Shown here: one piece after another, positions 29,165 to 42,394 of the stretch
Layout: every line of letters begins with the position of its first letter
How positions within the stretch are numbered: position 1 is the first letter of the stretch
NCBI RefSeq assembly: GCF_009914755.1
Contig: NC_060947.1
Direction: 5' to 3' (one strand)
Source of the DNA: the human T2T-CHM13v2.0 reference genome, Homo sapiens
DNA: 64,000 nt
The notes under the pieces: model-generated
The model's database searches: none
What the model saw: only the letters and a program-made list of their open reading frames with translations
What the model was told of the DNA's origin: nothing
Program-made: the position numbers and the translations under genes

Positions 29165-30154
29165 TATTTCAGTGTGTTTTTGTAGTGGCTGTTAATGATC
29201 TTTCCATTCCATGTTTATTGCTTCCTTCAGGAGTTCTTTTAAGGCAAGTCTGGTGGAAACAAATTCCCTCAGCATTTGCTTATCTGAAAAGGATCTTATT
29301 TCTCCTTCACTTACGAAGCTTGGTTTTGCCAGATAGGAAGTTCTGGTTTGGAATTTCTTTTCTTTAAGAATGTTGGCTTGTAGGGTTTCTGGCTTGTAGG
29401 ATTTCTGCTGAGAGGTCTGCTGTTGTTAGTCTGATGGGCTTCCCTTTGTAGGTGACCTGGCCTTTCTTTTTAGCTGCTCTTATCATTTTTTCCTTCATTC
29501 ATCCTTGGAGAATCTGATGATTGTGTGTCTTGAGGATGATATTCTTGTGGAGTATCTTACTGGAGTTCTCTGGATTTCCTGAATTTGAATGTTGGCCTGT
29601 CTGTCTAGGTTGGGATACTTCTTATGGACAGTATCCTGAAATATATTTTTCAAATTGGTTCCATTCTCCCCATCTCTTTCAGGTACACCAATCATTCACA
29701 GATTCAGTCTCTTTACATAATCCCATATTTCTTAGATGTTTTCTTCATTTTTTGTCAATATTTTTTCTCATTCTTGTCTATTTGTCTTATTTTTCAGAAT
29801 ACAGTATTCAAGCTCTGAGATTCTTCCCTTTGGTCTATCCTGCTATTAATAATTATAATTGCATTATTAAATTCTTTTAGTGTGTTTTTCAGCTCTATCA
29901 GGTTCAGTTATGTTCTTGTCTCTACTGGTTACTTTGTCAGCTCTTGCAATGTTTTATCATGATATTTAGCTTCTTTGCATTGTGTTCATTTTTATCCATA
30001 TTCTGAATTCTACTTCTAATTCTAATTCCAATTCAGCCATCTCAGCCTCAGCCCAGTTCCAAACCCTTGCTGGATAGGTGATGCGGTCATTTGGAGGAAA
30101 GTAGGCACTCTGGCTTTTTGAGTTTTCAGCATTCTTGCACTGATCCTTTCTCAT
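29165..30154 (-). pseudogene. LINE-1 ORF1, disrupted
   Basis: Fragments MRKDQCKNAENSKSQSA... and IGVPERDGENGTNL...RQANIQIQEIQRTP. Confidence 0.85.
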
Positions 30155-30790
30155 CTTTTGGGCTTACCTACCTTCAATCTTTGAGATTGCCGACCTTTGG
30201 ATTTTTTTTTTCTTTTAGCAGTCTTGCCACCTTTCCATAGGGATGCTGCAGTTTGTTGGGGGTCTGCTCCCATCCCTAGTCACCTTGTATTTTCCAGTAC
30301 CTGGAGGCATCACCAGTGAAGGCTGTGAAACAGCAAAGATGGTGGCCTTCACCTTTTTCTGAGAAATCCCTTCCAGGAAAGTATGGACCTGTTGCCAGCC
30401 AAAATGCACCTGTAGGAAGTGGCTGGAGACACTGCTTGGAAGCTTTCACCAAGTCCGGAGGAATGGGATCAGGAACTCCTTAAAGAGGAAGTCTGTCCAT
30501 GTTTTGGTAAAGCAGCTGTGCTGTGCTGGGGGATCACTTCTGCCCCTGGTTGGTTTGGACTCTCCAAAGCCTGCAGGCTGGAATGGCTGAGTTGTCCAAA
30601 TAGCAAAGATGTCAGCCTGTCCCTACACCCAGGAACTCTGTCCCAGATAGGCACAACATTGTTGTTAGTAGCTGCTAGAATTCCAAGCCAGTGGGTCTTA
30701 TCCTGTGAGACACCATGGAAGTGGGGCTTGCAGGCCATTGCTGCTTGACCTCCTAGATTTAGCCTCTTTCCTAGGGGTGTGTATGGAGGT

Positions 30791-33071
30791 TGTATTAGTC
30801 TGTTCTCATGCTGCAATAAGAACATATTCAAGACTGGGTAATTTATAAAGGAAAGAGATTTAATTGACTCACAGTTCCACATGGCAGGGAGGCCTCACAA
30901 TCATGGCAGAAGGTGAAGGAGGAGCAAAGGCACGTCCTACATGGCAGCAGGCAAGAGAGCATGTGCAGGGGAACTGCCCTTTAAAAACCATCAGATTTCA
31001 TGAGACTTATTCACTGTCATGAGAACAGCACAGGAAAAACCTGCCCTCAGCATTCAATTACCTCCCAGAGGGTCCCTCCCATGACGTGGGGATTATGGGA
31101 ACTACAATTCAAGATGAGGTTTGGATGGGGACACCACCAAATAATATTATTTTGCCCCTGGCCCCTCCCAAATCTCATGTCCTCATATTTTGAAACACAG
31201 TCATGCCCTTCCTACAGTACCCCAAAGTCTTAACTCATTCCAGCATTAACACAAAAGTCCAAGTCCAAAGTCTCATCTGAGACAAGGCAAGTCCCTTCAG
31301 TCTATGAGCCTGTGAAATCAAAAGCAAGTTAGTTACTTCCTAGATACAATGGAGGTACAACCATTGGGTAAATACGCCTGTTCCAAATGTGAGAAATTGG
31401 CCAAAATAAAGAGGCTATAGACCCTGTGCAAGTCTGAAATCCAACAGGGCACTCATTAAACTTCATAGTTCCAAAATGACCTCCTTTGACTACATGTCTC
31501 ACATCCAGGTCATGCTGGTGCAAGAAGTGGGCTCCCAATATCTTGGGCAACTCTACCCCTGTGGCTTTGCAGAGTACAGCCCCCCAATCCTGGCTGCTTT
31601 CATGGGCTGGTGTTGAGTGTCTGTGGCTTTTCCAGGTGAATGGTGCAAGCTGTCAGGGGGTCTGGAAGATGGTGGCCCTCTCCTCACAGCCCCACTAGGC
31701 AGTGGGGACTCTATGTGGGGGCTTTAACCCTACATTTCCCTTTTGTACTACCCTAGCAGAGGTTCTCCATGGGGGCTCCACTCCTGCAGCAAACATCTGC
31801 CTGGAAATCCAAGCATTTCCATGCATCCTCTGAAATCTGGGTGGAGGTTCCAAACCTCAATTCTTGACTTCTGTGTACCTGCAGGCTTAACATCACATGG
31901 AAGCTGCCAAGGCTTGGGGCTTGCACTCTCTGAAGCAATGGCCTCAGCTGTACATTGGCCCCTTTTAGCCACAACTGAAGCTGAAGTAGCCGGGACATGT
32001 CCTGAGGCTGCATAGAACAGTGGGTCCCTGGGCCAGCCCATGAAACAATTTTTCCCTCCTAGGCCTCTGGGCCTGTAATGGGAGGGTCTGCCATGAAGAC
32101 CCCTGACTTGCCCTGGAGACATTTTCCCCATTGTCTTGGCAATTAACATTTGGCTTCTTGTTACTTATGCAAATTTCTGCAGCAGGCTTGAATTTCTCTC
32201 CAGAAAGTGGGTTTTTCTTTTCTATTATATTGTCAGGCTGCAAATTTTTCAAGTTTTTATGCTCTGCTTCATCTTTAATGCTTTTCTGCTTAGAAATTTC
32301 TTCTACCAGATACCCTAAATCATCTCTCTCAAGTTCAAAGTTCCACAGATCTCTAGGGCAGGGGCAAAATGCTGCCAGTCCCTTTGCATAGCAGGAGTGA
32401 GCTTTATTCCAGTTCCTGACAAGTTCTTCATCTCTATCTGAGACCACCTCAGCCTGGAATTTGCTGTCTATATCACTACCAGCATTTTGGTCAAAGCCAT
32501 TCAATAAGTCTCTAGGAAGTTGTGAGCTTTCTCACATCTTCCTATCTTTTGAGCCCTCCAAGTCTCTAGGAAGTTCCAAACTTTCTCACATTTTCCTATC
32601 TTCTTCTGAGCCCTCCAAACTGTCCTACTTTTGCCTGTTACCCAGTTCCAAAGTTGCTTCCACATATTCAGGTATCTTTACAACACCTCCCCACTCCTGA
32701 TACCAATTTACTGTATCAGTTTGTTCTCACACTGTTATAGGGACATACCTGAGACTGGGTAAGTTATAAAGGAAACATGTTTAATTGACTCACAGGTACA
32801 CATGACTGGGGAGGCCTCACAATCATGGTAGAAGGTGAAGGAGGAGCAAAGGCACATCTTACATGGCAGCAGGCAAGAGAGTGTGTGAAGGGGAACTGAC
32901 GTTTATAAAACCATCAGATCTCATGAGTCTTATTCACTATCATGAGAACAGCATGGGAAAAACCCATCCCCATGATTCAGTTACCTCCCACTAGGTCCTT
33001 CCAATGACATGTGGGGATTATGGGAGCTACAATTCAAGATATCTGGGTGGGGACACAACCAAATCATATCA
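30791..33071 (-). mobile_element. Full-length THE1C-like MaLR provirus (3' LTR 30791-31149, 5' LTR 32712-33071) in the L1 5' UTR
   Basis: Two direct LTRs, polypurine tract, MaLR ORF remnant 31965..32504, TSD gaggt/gaagt. Confidence 0.9.
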
Positions 33072-33594
33072 GAAGTCCAAACTCCCACTTTGCCAGAGTT
33101 GCAGTTACTTTTGTTGGCAAGCCTGGAGCTAGAGTATGTAAAGCTCCTGGGTCTCTGCATGCCTGAGGAGCTGCTCTGCCAAGACTCCACATATATTTGT
33201 GGGTCAGGCTGATGGCCCTGATGGAGTGGGTTCATGAGTGGATCTCCTGACCCAATGGTTGCAAAGATCCGTGGGAGAAGTTTGGGTTCCCAGGGTCGCA
33301 CATTCACTCATGGCTTTCCCTGGAATGGGGCGGGTTCTCTTGACTCTGTGTCACTTCTGGGTTGGCCATGATTTTGCCTTGCTTTTCTCCCTTTTCCATG
33401 GGTCAAGTTGTTTCCTTAATTAGTTCCGATGTGAGTACCTGGATTTTTCACTTGAAGGTGCTGTGTTTACTTACCCCTTTCATTTATCTCTGTGAGAGCT
33501 ACACACCCTAGCTGCTTCTATTCAGCCATCTTGGCCAATCCCAAGTCTAAGCTGTTGATAGAATTACAAAGGGAAAGGAGAAGAAGACAGCAAG

Positions 33595-33740
33595 AGTCAT
33601 GGAAAGAACATTGCCCTAGATGCCAGGTCACCTAAGCTTCAGTCTTAATTCTGCAAAAATCCTAGGAATTCATACAAGACCCATTCACAACTGTGTGTTT
33701 CAGTTTCCTTATATGTAAACTGAGGGGGTAGCTTGGGATA
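33595..33740 (+). mobile_element. MIR fragment
   Basis: tggaaagaacattg...tcagtttccttatatgtaaactgagggg. Confidence 0.55.
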
Positions 33741-33906
33741 CCGGTCTCATACTCAGGTAATTTCAGAGGCAAAACTACTAGATGTATGGACAACAGGGAA
33801 TGGTAGTTACCTAGGAAAATTAGAACATATGCTCTTCCCAAATGCATTCTAGTTTAAAAATTACTTTAGAACACTATGATAGCCTACAAAAGAAACATGT
33901 ATTCTC

Positions 33907-34341
33907 TGTGTCACTCAGGTTTCTCCAGAGAAACAGAACAAATAGGATGTTCCTTTTTTTCTTTAGAGGGACCAGCTCATGTGATTATAGATGCTGGCAA
34001 GTCCAGAGTCTATAGGGCAGGCCAGCAAGCTAGAACCTAAGACAAGAGTTGATGATGTAGTCTTGGGTCTGAAATCCAAAGGGCAGTTCACATTTTGGAA
34101 ATTCAGGCAGAATTTTTACATTTTCAGGCAAAATTTCTTCTTCTCTCAGAAACATAAGCCTTTCAACTGATTTGATGAGGCCCACTCACATTATTGAAGT
34201 TAATCCCCTTTACTATAACCAACTGGTTATAGAAATTTACCACATTTAGAAAATGCTTTTACAGCAACATCTAGACTAGTGTTTGACCAAACAACTGACC
34301 GCCATTGCCTAGCCAAGTTGACACATAAATTAACCATCACA
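33907..34341 (-). mobile_element. MLT2D-like ERVL solo LTR
   Basis: ctccagagaaacagaac start and gccaagttgacacataaattaaccatcaca end, typical of antisense MLT2. Confidence 0.8.
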
Positions 34342-36942
34342 ATCTACCATATAGACCCCAGATGAAACCATTCCTAAAGGCCCTTTGAGCTCTGATCTCT
34401 TATTATTTGATAGCGTCTTTAAAATCCAAGCCAGAATTTCAGGTATTTCCCCAACAAACATACAACAAAAGCATTTCCAGAAAGAAAGGTTGTTGTTAGG
34501 TATAAGTAAGAGGAACCAACACTGGGCACACACTCCTACTCCTGCGTAGGCCCATAACCCTTGTAATGCTTTGTTTGTACCTTATTCCCAAGATACTGCT
34601 AAGCTTTTATCATTGCTGAATCCTTATACAGTAATTGCTCATGCTTTGTTGCTCTTTTTCTCATCAATCAACTGGAGGGTGGAATGTATTAGGGTAGATT
34701 TGTTAACAGTGACTGATTCAACTTCTCTAGCATTAAAAAGTATTTTTTAAAAGGCATAGGATATAAAGAAAGTAAGGGAAGTTGTTTCTTAGAGCCTGCG
34801 ATCTTACTTATGTCTGTGAATATCTACATACTTTGGACAAGATTTTTCCTCTCTGGGCTTCATACTGTGTTAACAATAATTTCATTTCTCAGAGGTTATG
34901 CGTATTTGTTTTGGTTGATCCTTTTAAAAATAAACATGCTAAACAAAAGCAAAATTGTTCACTGTACCTTCCCTTATATTTCTGATTTTTTGGCTCCTTA
35001 TTTCCGTAATAATGAGAGACAAAAGTTGTAGATGAGCCTGCCTCCTGTCAGTGACATTTGGCGGACCTATGATTATTGTGTGTAGCCTCAGGTAGGTCAC
35101 TATTTTTTTCTTATAAACATTGACACTATATTTTACAGCTCAAATTCACACTTTTCCTGAAATTAAAGCAAGAAGGATACAAAATAATTAAATATCAGGA
35201 ATAAGCACACAGATTTTAGAAATTAAGCACTTTTCGGAAATGGACATGAATACTAATGTTAAAAGATAAGCTAAAGCAATACAAATTATTTTATTTAAAA
35301 ATGTGGAAACATTGACTTTTAAAATTATTTCTAACACATAAACTGCTTTTGGGGATACCTTCCATGTAAATTGGCTTTCTGTTATGGAGAACAAGACTGA
35401 AAATTCACTCAAATCAAAACAGAGATCCAAATTGTCCCAAAAACAGTTGGCTTGCAAAAAAAAGGCAATCTCTAAAATTTTAAGGAGAAAAATAATACCT
35501 CGTATGAAGTGATTCCAGTAACTTTTAACATTTTATTAAGAGTAGAAAGGATAGTCTTAGATGGTATCTGGTATGATTCCAGGTGGCACATTTATTTAAG
35601 AGGTGTTAGGGTAAAGCCACCATGTCCGCAAAAGAGGCCCAGGAAAAGTAACTTATGCACGGATAGAGGTCTGCAGAATTGGCCAAGCTACCTGGACCCC
35701 ACATTGTATTTCTCAAACCCTACAGCATTTGCAGTTTCAGATCTCCCATTCTGTTTCTGTATTATAGCTTGAAGGACTGCCTCAAGAGCTACTCAGTGTC
35801 TTGTTCACCTGCTAAATTACCCTTAAATTCTGCAAATGTCTCTCTGATAGCTTCCAATTACGGATGGTTGACACTAACTTAACACAGTCTTGGTTTCTAC
35901 CTGGCCCCAAGCCCTAGGAGATGCCAAGCAATGCGTTATGAAAGATACGAAAAAGGGTCTTTCTTTAGATTAGTTAATATATGCATGTCATTAACTATTT
36001 TTTCTTTTTACAATTTCATGACTGTCATTTTTTTCCTCATCAAAAGAACATGACTTACACAAGTCATATGAATAACATTTATATCCACTTGATAGGAAAA
36101 GTTCTGAGAAAAACACTGTATTGAAATCTTTCCAAGTAGCTTGTTTCTCCTTGAGACATTCAATAAATGGAGCAACCATTTAGAAACTACTCTCTTATTG
36201 GTCATAATGCTCCTTCTCCATTTAACATCACATAAGTCGAGATGAAAGCTTGGAAGAAACATTTAAGTATTGTAATCTGATTTCACTTTAATTAATACTA
36301 AGTGAGACAGAAAAAAAGCAGTAATAATTGACAACTAGATATTTCAATTACTGGGACCTTAAAGTGCCTGGAGAGAGAAGAAGGTAAATTAGGCACCACA
36401 GATAATTTTATGTTATACAGGTCTATCCAAGATTCTTCTATTTTTAGAGTGAGCATATAATTCATTCTCTAAACAAAAACACTTTTGAGAGTGAGAGGAG
36501 CACTATTAAAAATTATATCCAGATAAAATGAATTACCGGAAAACCTCCCCAATAAATAAGGGCATTATTAACCCTAGATTTGTTTGTTTTACCATATGCG
36601 TGAAACAGAAAAAGACAATACGTACAGCATAGGGATTAAACACAAAAAATGAAGTGATGTTAAGAGCTATGATATAGGTGCTTCTGATACTATTAACCAG
36701 GCAGCATCTTACTAGTTGAATGGAGTATTCAAATATCAGGATTGTACTGTACCATTTCAAAACTCCTAGAAGAATGCCCTAGTAATTGAAATTAGTAGGT
36801 AGTTAGAAGCCTCACATATATTTTTAACTTGGAAAAAATATGTATGTTTTTACAAAAATAATATACAAACTAAGTGTGGTATTTCTCTACAATTGGATAT
36901 AACCTAATGATGAGCATTAATAACTTCCTTATGAAATATGGC

Positions 36943-37336
36943 TTCTTTCTCTTTCTTTCTTTCTTTTTTCTTTTTCTTTCTTTCTTCTTTTTTCTTTCTT
37001 TTTCTTCTTTCCTTCTTTCTTTCTTCCTTCCTTCCTTCCCTCCCTCCTTCCCTCCCTCCCTTCTTTCCTTCCCTCCCTCCCTCCTTCCCTCTTTCCCTCC
37101 TTCTCCCTTCCCTTCCCTTCCCTCCCCTCCCCTCCCCTCCCCTCCCCTTCCCTTTCCTTCCTTCTTTCCTTCCTTTTTTCTTTTTCTTTTTCTTTTTGAG
37201 ACAAGGTCTTGCTCTGTCACCCAGGCTGGAGTGCTGTGGTGTGATCTTGGCTCACTGCAACGTCTGTCCTACAGGCTCGTGCGATCCTCCCATCTCAGCC
37301 TTCCAAGTAGGTGGGACCACAGACACACACCATTTT

Positions 37337-37406
<70 letters not shown>

Positions 37407-37545
37407 TCCTTCTTTCTTTCTTTCTTATCTTTCTTTCTTTCTTTCTTTCTTTTCTTTCTTTCTTTCTTTTTCTCTTTCTTTCTTTCTCTCTTTCTTCTTT
37501 CTTTTCTTTGTTTTTCTTTCTTTCCTTTTTCTTTCTTTTTCTTTT
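36943..37545. repeat. Polypyrimidine microsatellite complex ((TTTC)n, (CCTT)n, (CCCCT)n) on both sides of an Alu arm
   Basis: Directly visible: ~250 bp left and ~210 bp right of the Alu arm. Confidence 0.95.
37193..37333 (-). mobile_element. Alu right-arm fragment (AluJ/FRAM-like)
   Basis: gagacaaggtcttgctctgtcacccaggctggagtgc...gatcctcccatctcagcc. Confidence 0.88.
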
Positions 37546-38630
37546 TGTTTATTTCAAGAAGTTCTAGCTGGAGGTAAAACAGTTTGTTATTCTTGTAAAC
37601 TGACTTTTCTTAACTTCTTGTAAGAATATGAGAATTAGAACAAACTCTTATGGTAAATTTTAGGATGCAAATAATAATATTTCAATATGAATTGAAATTA
37701 TTTTCTGCTATATCTATAGAAACAAATTTTACTTATTTCCAGGTCAAGGAGAAATTAAGACTTCATAGAGTAATTTTTAAGAAGAGCCTCGCTGGAATAG
37801 AAATCTGTACTCTCTAAAATACTTTGAAACATTCTGCTTCACTATAAAAGACATTTAACTCTATAATGAAAATTACAAAGGAAAAGAACATCTGATTTAA
37901 TCAGAATTGTTTCAACTAAAATAGATACTGAGACACTAAGCCAGAAAATCTAGAGTATGTCTGTCGACTCAAATTCCTAATTTACATCCAAATAGACTTT
38001 TTTAGTTCCAAAGTTGGCCTATCATGATGCTTCACTGAAATGTTTCTTAGACCCATTGTGCAGATGGCTGGGCCTAAAGCATTGGCAGGGTAAAGGTAGT
38101 TAGATACTCATGAATCCAAATCACTGGGTGATATTAAAAGACTGGTTTAAGTCAGAGGGGAAAAAAGTGAAATTATCCTCTCAGATAGAAAAAAGGAGGC
38201 AATCAAGACAAATAACTAGATGACAGAAGCTGGTCATACTAGCTGATATGGCAAGGGCTGCAGTCTCAGACTCTGTGGCCTAAAGAACATTGTCATGTTT
38301 TGTGATTAAGAATTTTCCACTGTTAGCATCTTTAGAGTACAGAGAGAGGTTATTGGAAGTTAGAAAAGAACACAAGTCTTTTTTCAATGAATGAGGAGAT
38401 AGGGATAAACCAGTTTGTGGTACCAGTTTGTGGTACTTTGCCACAGCAACCCTAGCGAACTAATATACTCTCATACTAATATGAAAGCTATAGACCCATG
38501 CTACCCTCAGGTTTGGAGAGTAAACTCATACTACCTGTATGTCACAGGAATTCTCTGAGAAAATAACGTAGTATCATACCAGACTACCAAAATCCTGAGA
38601 TATCTGTAGAATCAAATGCAAAACTACTTT

Positions 38631-38764
38631 TCTTTTTATTCTTTTTTAGAGATATGGTCTCATTATGTTACCCAGGCTGATCTCAAACTCCTAGGCTCAA
38701 GTGATCCTTTCTCTTCAACCTTCTGAGTACTTAGGATTATAGGTGCATGCCACTATGCCTGGCT
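38631..38764 (-). mobile_element. Free left Alu monomer (FLAM_C-like)
   Basis: Single monomer with T-tail; TSD aaaactacttt (38620-38630) / aaaaccacttt (38765-38775). Confidence 0.85.
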
Positions 38765-41344
38765 AAAACCACTTTATAGTAACACAAAACCAAGGGTAAA
38801 TGTGATTTCAATAAAAAAGTCACTGATAAAGATGAGATCACAATAAGTAATGAAATACTACAAAGGGATATGATCCTCCATAAGGAAGAAACAGAAGATA
38901 CAATAAACAAAAGATTAGCAACCCTTAAACTTCAGATAATAGAATTTTCAGAACTAACAAATTTAAGCTATAGTTAGAAAAAGAATTATCTACTATACTA
39001 TATCCAAGTCCTAATTGAAAGAACGACTAAAGAAAAAATCTCTTGTATAATTAACCTGAACTAGGAAAGAGGAAATGGAATGCAAGAGGCAATAATGATC
39101 ATTAAAATTGGTAGAAATATAAACAAATCTTAATAAGCATTTGCTAAGCAAAGAAAACAACACAAGTAATAGTCTGGAGCTTAAACCAAGTTGGAAATAA
39201 AACACAAGGCAATAATAAAATAGAACTGGTAAAGGATAAATAGTATAAAAGCACTTGAAAGTCCTTGTTTTATGAGTATAGTGGAGATATTCATTAATTT
39301 TATAATTTGTTAAGTCAAGTATACATATGAAACATGTAGTGTACCCACTAGAAAAATTAATGACCTTCACACAAGTACAGAAGGAATACGGCAAGTGACA
39401 AATAAAATCCAAGGAGCAAAATAGAATGTAGGAAGGGATTACAAAGTATAAATAAAACAAAAGCATAATCTAAATACATTTAAAAATTAGTAAAATTTAA
39501 AAGATTAAAGTTATTTGGTAAATAAATGCTTGGATTGAATTAAAAATTTAGTTTTATCTATAAGAGACCTGCTAAAATATATGGCACAGAAAGGATGAAT
39601 GTAAAAAGGTAGAAAAATGCATTGGTATTAAATTGCTACATCAGCTTTTTTCTGGATATTTCATTTCCAGATATTAATGAATATCCAAAGAAAACTGATG
39701 TAGTAATATGAATATCCAACATAATAGAGTTCAAGAAAATATGCCTTCTTGGTGATAAATTATATAATTACATGGTGATAAAAGAAAAAAATCAGGAATA
39801 TATAATCAGTTCTGAATCATTTTCTACCTAAAAACATAGCATCAAAATGAAAATGCTATAATCTAGGGGAGATTTTAAAACATTTTCTTAATAATTGATA
39901 GACTTGAGGAAACTGTTACTAAATATATAAAATTTTGAGCATCAACCACAATAGACTTGAAAGAAATTATATTTATAGAGTTCTCACTCAACAGTGAAAA
40001 ACGTTATATTTTTTTCAAGCAAATATAAAACATTTATAAAAATAGAACACATACCAGACTACAATGGAATTTTGAACAAATACCAAAGAATTAACATATA
40101 AACTATCTTCTCCAACCAATACACAATAAAATTGTAAGTCAATAACAAAGATATGGCAACCGCCGTGGACCTGGAAACTTTAGAACAGACATGTGTTCTA
40201 AATATCTAATAATTCTAAATAATTCATTGGTGAAGATATAAATTATAATGACAATACAAAACATTATACAAGGAAAACCTATGTGGGATACAGGCAAAAA
40301 ATATATACATCAAACTGTAGAGCTCTGAATGTTCTTATTGGAAAAGAAGAAAGATTGAGAATTAATAAGTTCAGTTTATAATGAAAATGGCTGGAAAAAG
40401 AAAATCAAAATATCAAACATGAAAAGAAAGATGATACCAAGTAAGGCAAAAGTTAAAGTAATAGAAAAAATTAGAGGATCAGCATAACCAAAAGCTGGTT
40501 CTATGTAAAGACTAATAGTCATATCTCTGGCTAGACTGAATTGGAGAAAAATGTAAAGTTACAAGTAAAAAATATTAAGAATGAAAGATGACATAACATT
40601 AATTAGACATTGACAAAATTATAAGGATGAGTTATAAGTAAATTTATCAAATAAATATGAAAATAATTTCTATCAAATCCAATTTACAAAGCAGAAAATC
40701 TGAATAGACTTATATACATTAAGTAAATCAAATTTATTTTTCTGTTTTTATTTGTTTTTACAAAACAAAAACAAAATAATATTTACCAAAAAAAGAAAAA
40801 CCCCAAACCAAAGATACCAGAGTAGATAACAACCAGGTCGGATAGTTTTACAGGTAAATTCTACCAAATGTTTAAAACATAGATTAGCTCTCACTAATAC
40901 AAAATCTTAACAGTACAAAAAAATCAAAGGTTCTCAAATAATTTTATGTGGTATTGTGTTAACCTAAAATCTGGATATTATTCATGCAATAAAGAAAAAC
41001 TTAGGATAATCTCATACAGATAAAAGAATCATAAACAATAAAATATTTGGAAGCAAATTCAACAATGTGTAAAATAAATTTTGACATTGTGATCCACTAC
41101 AGTGGAAGCCTAGGAAACAGATAATTTTGCCTACATTTCCTATAATTGTAAAATAGTAGAATTCTTATGATTTTCAGAGCTGTGAATGGAAAAATATTTT
41201 ATATTTTATTTGGTGTTTGAAATAGGAATAGTATTTCTTCTTCTAGGAGGAGACTTGCTATTGGGTTTGAACCTACTTTTCAATGTTTAGAAACATATTT
41301 TGTAGCTTAGACTTACAAAATATTAAATAATGCATAAAATCCAT

Positions 41345-41783
41345 CCCAAGGATGTCTGTCGGTTTCAACTTCAACATGTAAAGAACTTGTAAGCTATCAC
41401 TCATATCTTTACACTAAGAGAAAGCTAGGCAAGTACTTTTCTTGCAGATGTCATAGAACTGAGGTCACACGGCAATCTGCAACCCCTAAATTTGGAGAGA
41501 CAAGTAAATTTGGAGAATTAGAGCCAAGATCTCTTTGCCTAGATCAGAAGCCACTGGAGTCATAAACTAGTAGAATCACCTACATAGTAATTTTGATGAA
41601 TTGCTGGAAGCTGCATTTGGATTAGCGTAAGAGTGAGAAATTTCTTGCACATTTTGGGGTTTGACTTCCAGGAACCCCACTAGGTTCTCATGATAAATAA
41701 ATGAGAAAGAATACCTCTTGGCTCTGGTAGTAGGAGGGGAGAGCATTCCTTGTGAGGTATACCTAGACCTTCTTCAAACAGAA
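41345..41783 (+). mobile_element. L1MD-type 5'-end fragment, paralog of 5364-5745
   Basis: Nearly gap-free alignment to 5364-5745. Confidence 0.7.
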
Positions 41784-41996
41784 GTATAATGTATTTAAGG
41801 AGAAATTATACAACCTAAGTACATAAAATAAGACTTAAAATAGATAGATTAGATTCATGAATGAGAAGAGGCTTGCTTTTCTAAAATTGATAAACTCAAT
41901 ATAACTCTCTATATAATTAGAAAACCCATAGTGTTGTTGGGCTGTGGGGTTTTTTGCACAACTTGCTGAGCTTATTTGAAAATTCTTATATATAAG

Positions 41997-42394
41997 TATC
42001 TTAGTCCATTTTGTGCTTCTTTAACAGAATACCCCAGGCTAGGCAATTGATAATGAAAAAAAAAATTCTTAGAGTTTTGGAGGCTGGGAAGTACAAAGTT
42101 GAGGGGCCTGCATCTGGTGAGGGCCTTCTTGCACCCTCATTCCGTGATGGAAGGCAAGAGAGTGAAAAAGAACAAGAGGAGCAGAGAGAGAAAAATGAGG
42201 CCGAACTCATCTTTTTTATCAGAAACCTAATCCAGAGACAATAACCCATTCTCATGATAATGGCCTTAATCCATTTATGAGAGCAGAGCCCTTATGACCT
42301 AATCACCTCTTAAAGGTCTCACCTCTCAACACATTTGCATTGGGGATTAAATTGCCAACACACAAACTTTGCAAAACACATTCAATTTTCAGCA
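41997..42394 (-). mobile_element. Solo MaLR LTR (MSTD-like)
   Basis: tcttagtccattttgtgct...gacctaatcacctcttaaaggtctcacctctcaacac. Confidence 0.8.

Larger units (their letters stand above)
25081..33542 (-). mobile_element. Near full-length L1PA13-like element (~6.2 kb excluding the THE1C insert)
   Basis: T-tail at 25081, L1PA13-type 3' UTR, ORF2 and ORF1 remnants, 5' end GGCCAAGATGGCTGAATAGAAGCAGCT near 33536. Confidence 0.9.

Noticed and set aside
7815-33071. Segmental duplication between the two THE1 regions
   Set aside because: Similarity is confined to the elements, which have different LTR subtypes and their own TSDs.
36870-37623. Long ORFs of 249, 209 and 116 aa
   Set aside because: They are translations of (TTTC)n/(CCTT)n microsatellites and an Alu arm; low complexity, not genes.
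37193-38764. A single Alu split into right and left arms by a 1.3-kb insertion
   Set aside because: The left monomer has its own tail and 11-bp TSD, so it is an independent FLAM insertion.
39011-39466. 151-aa hydrophobic ORF as a membrane protein
   Set aside because: It is the antisense of A-rich decayed L1 sequence; T-rich codons explain the hydrophobicity.
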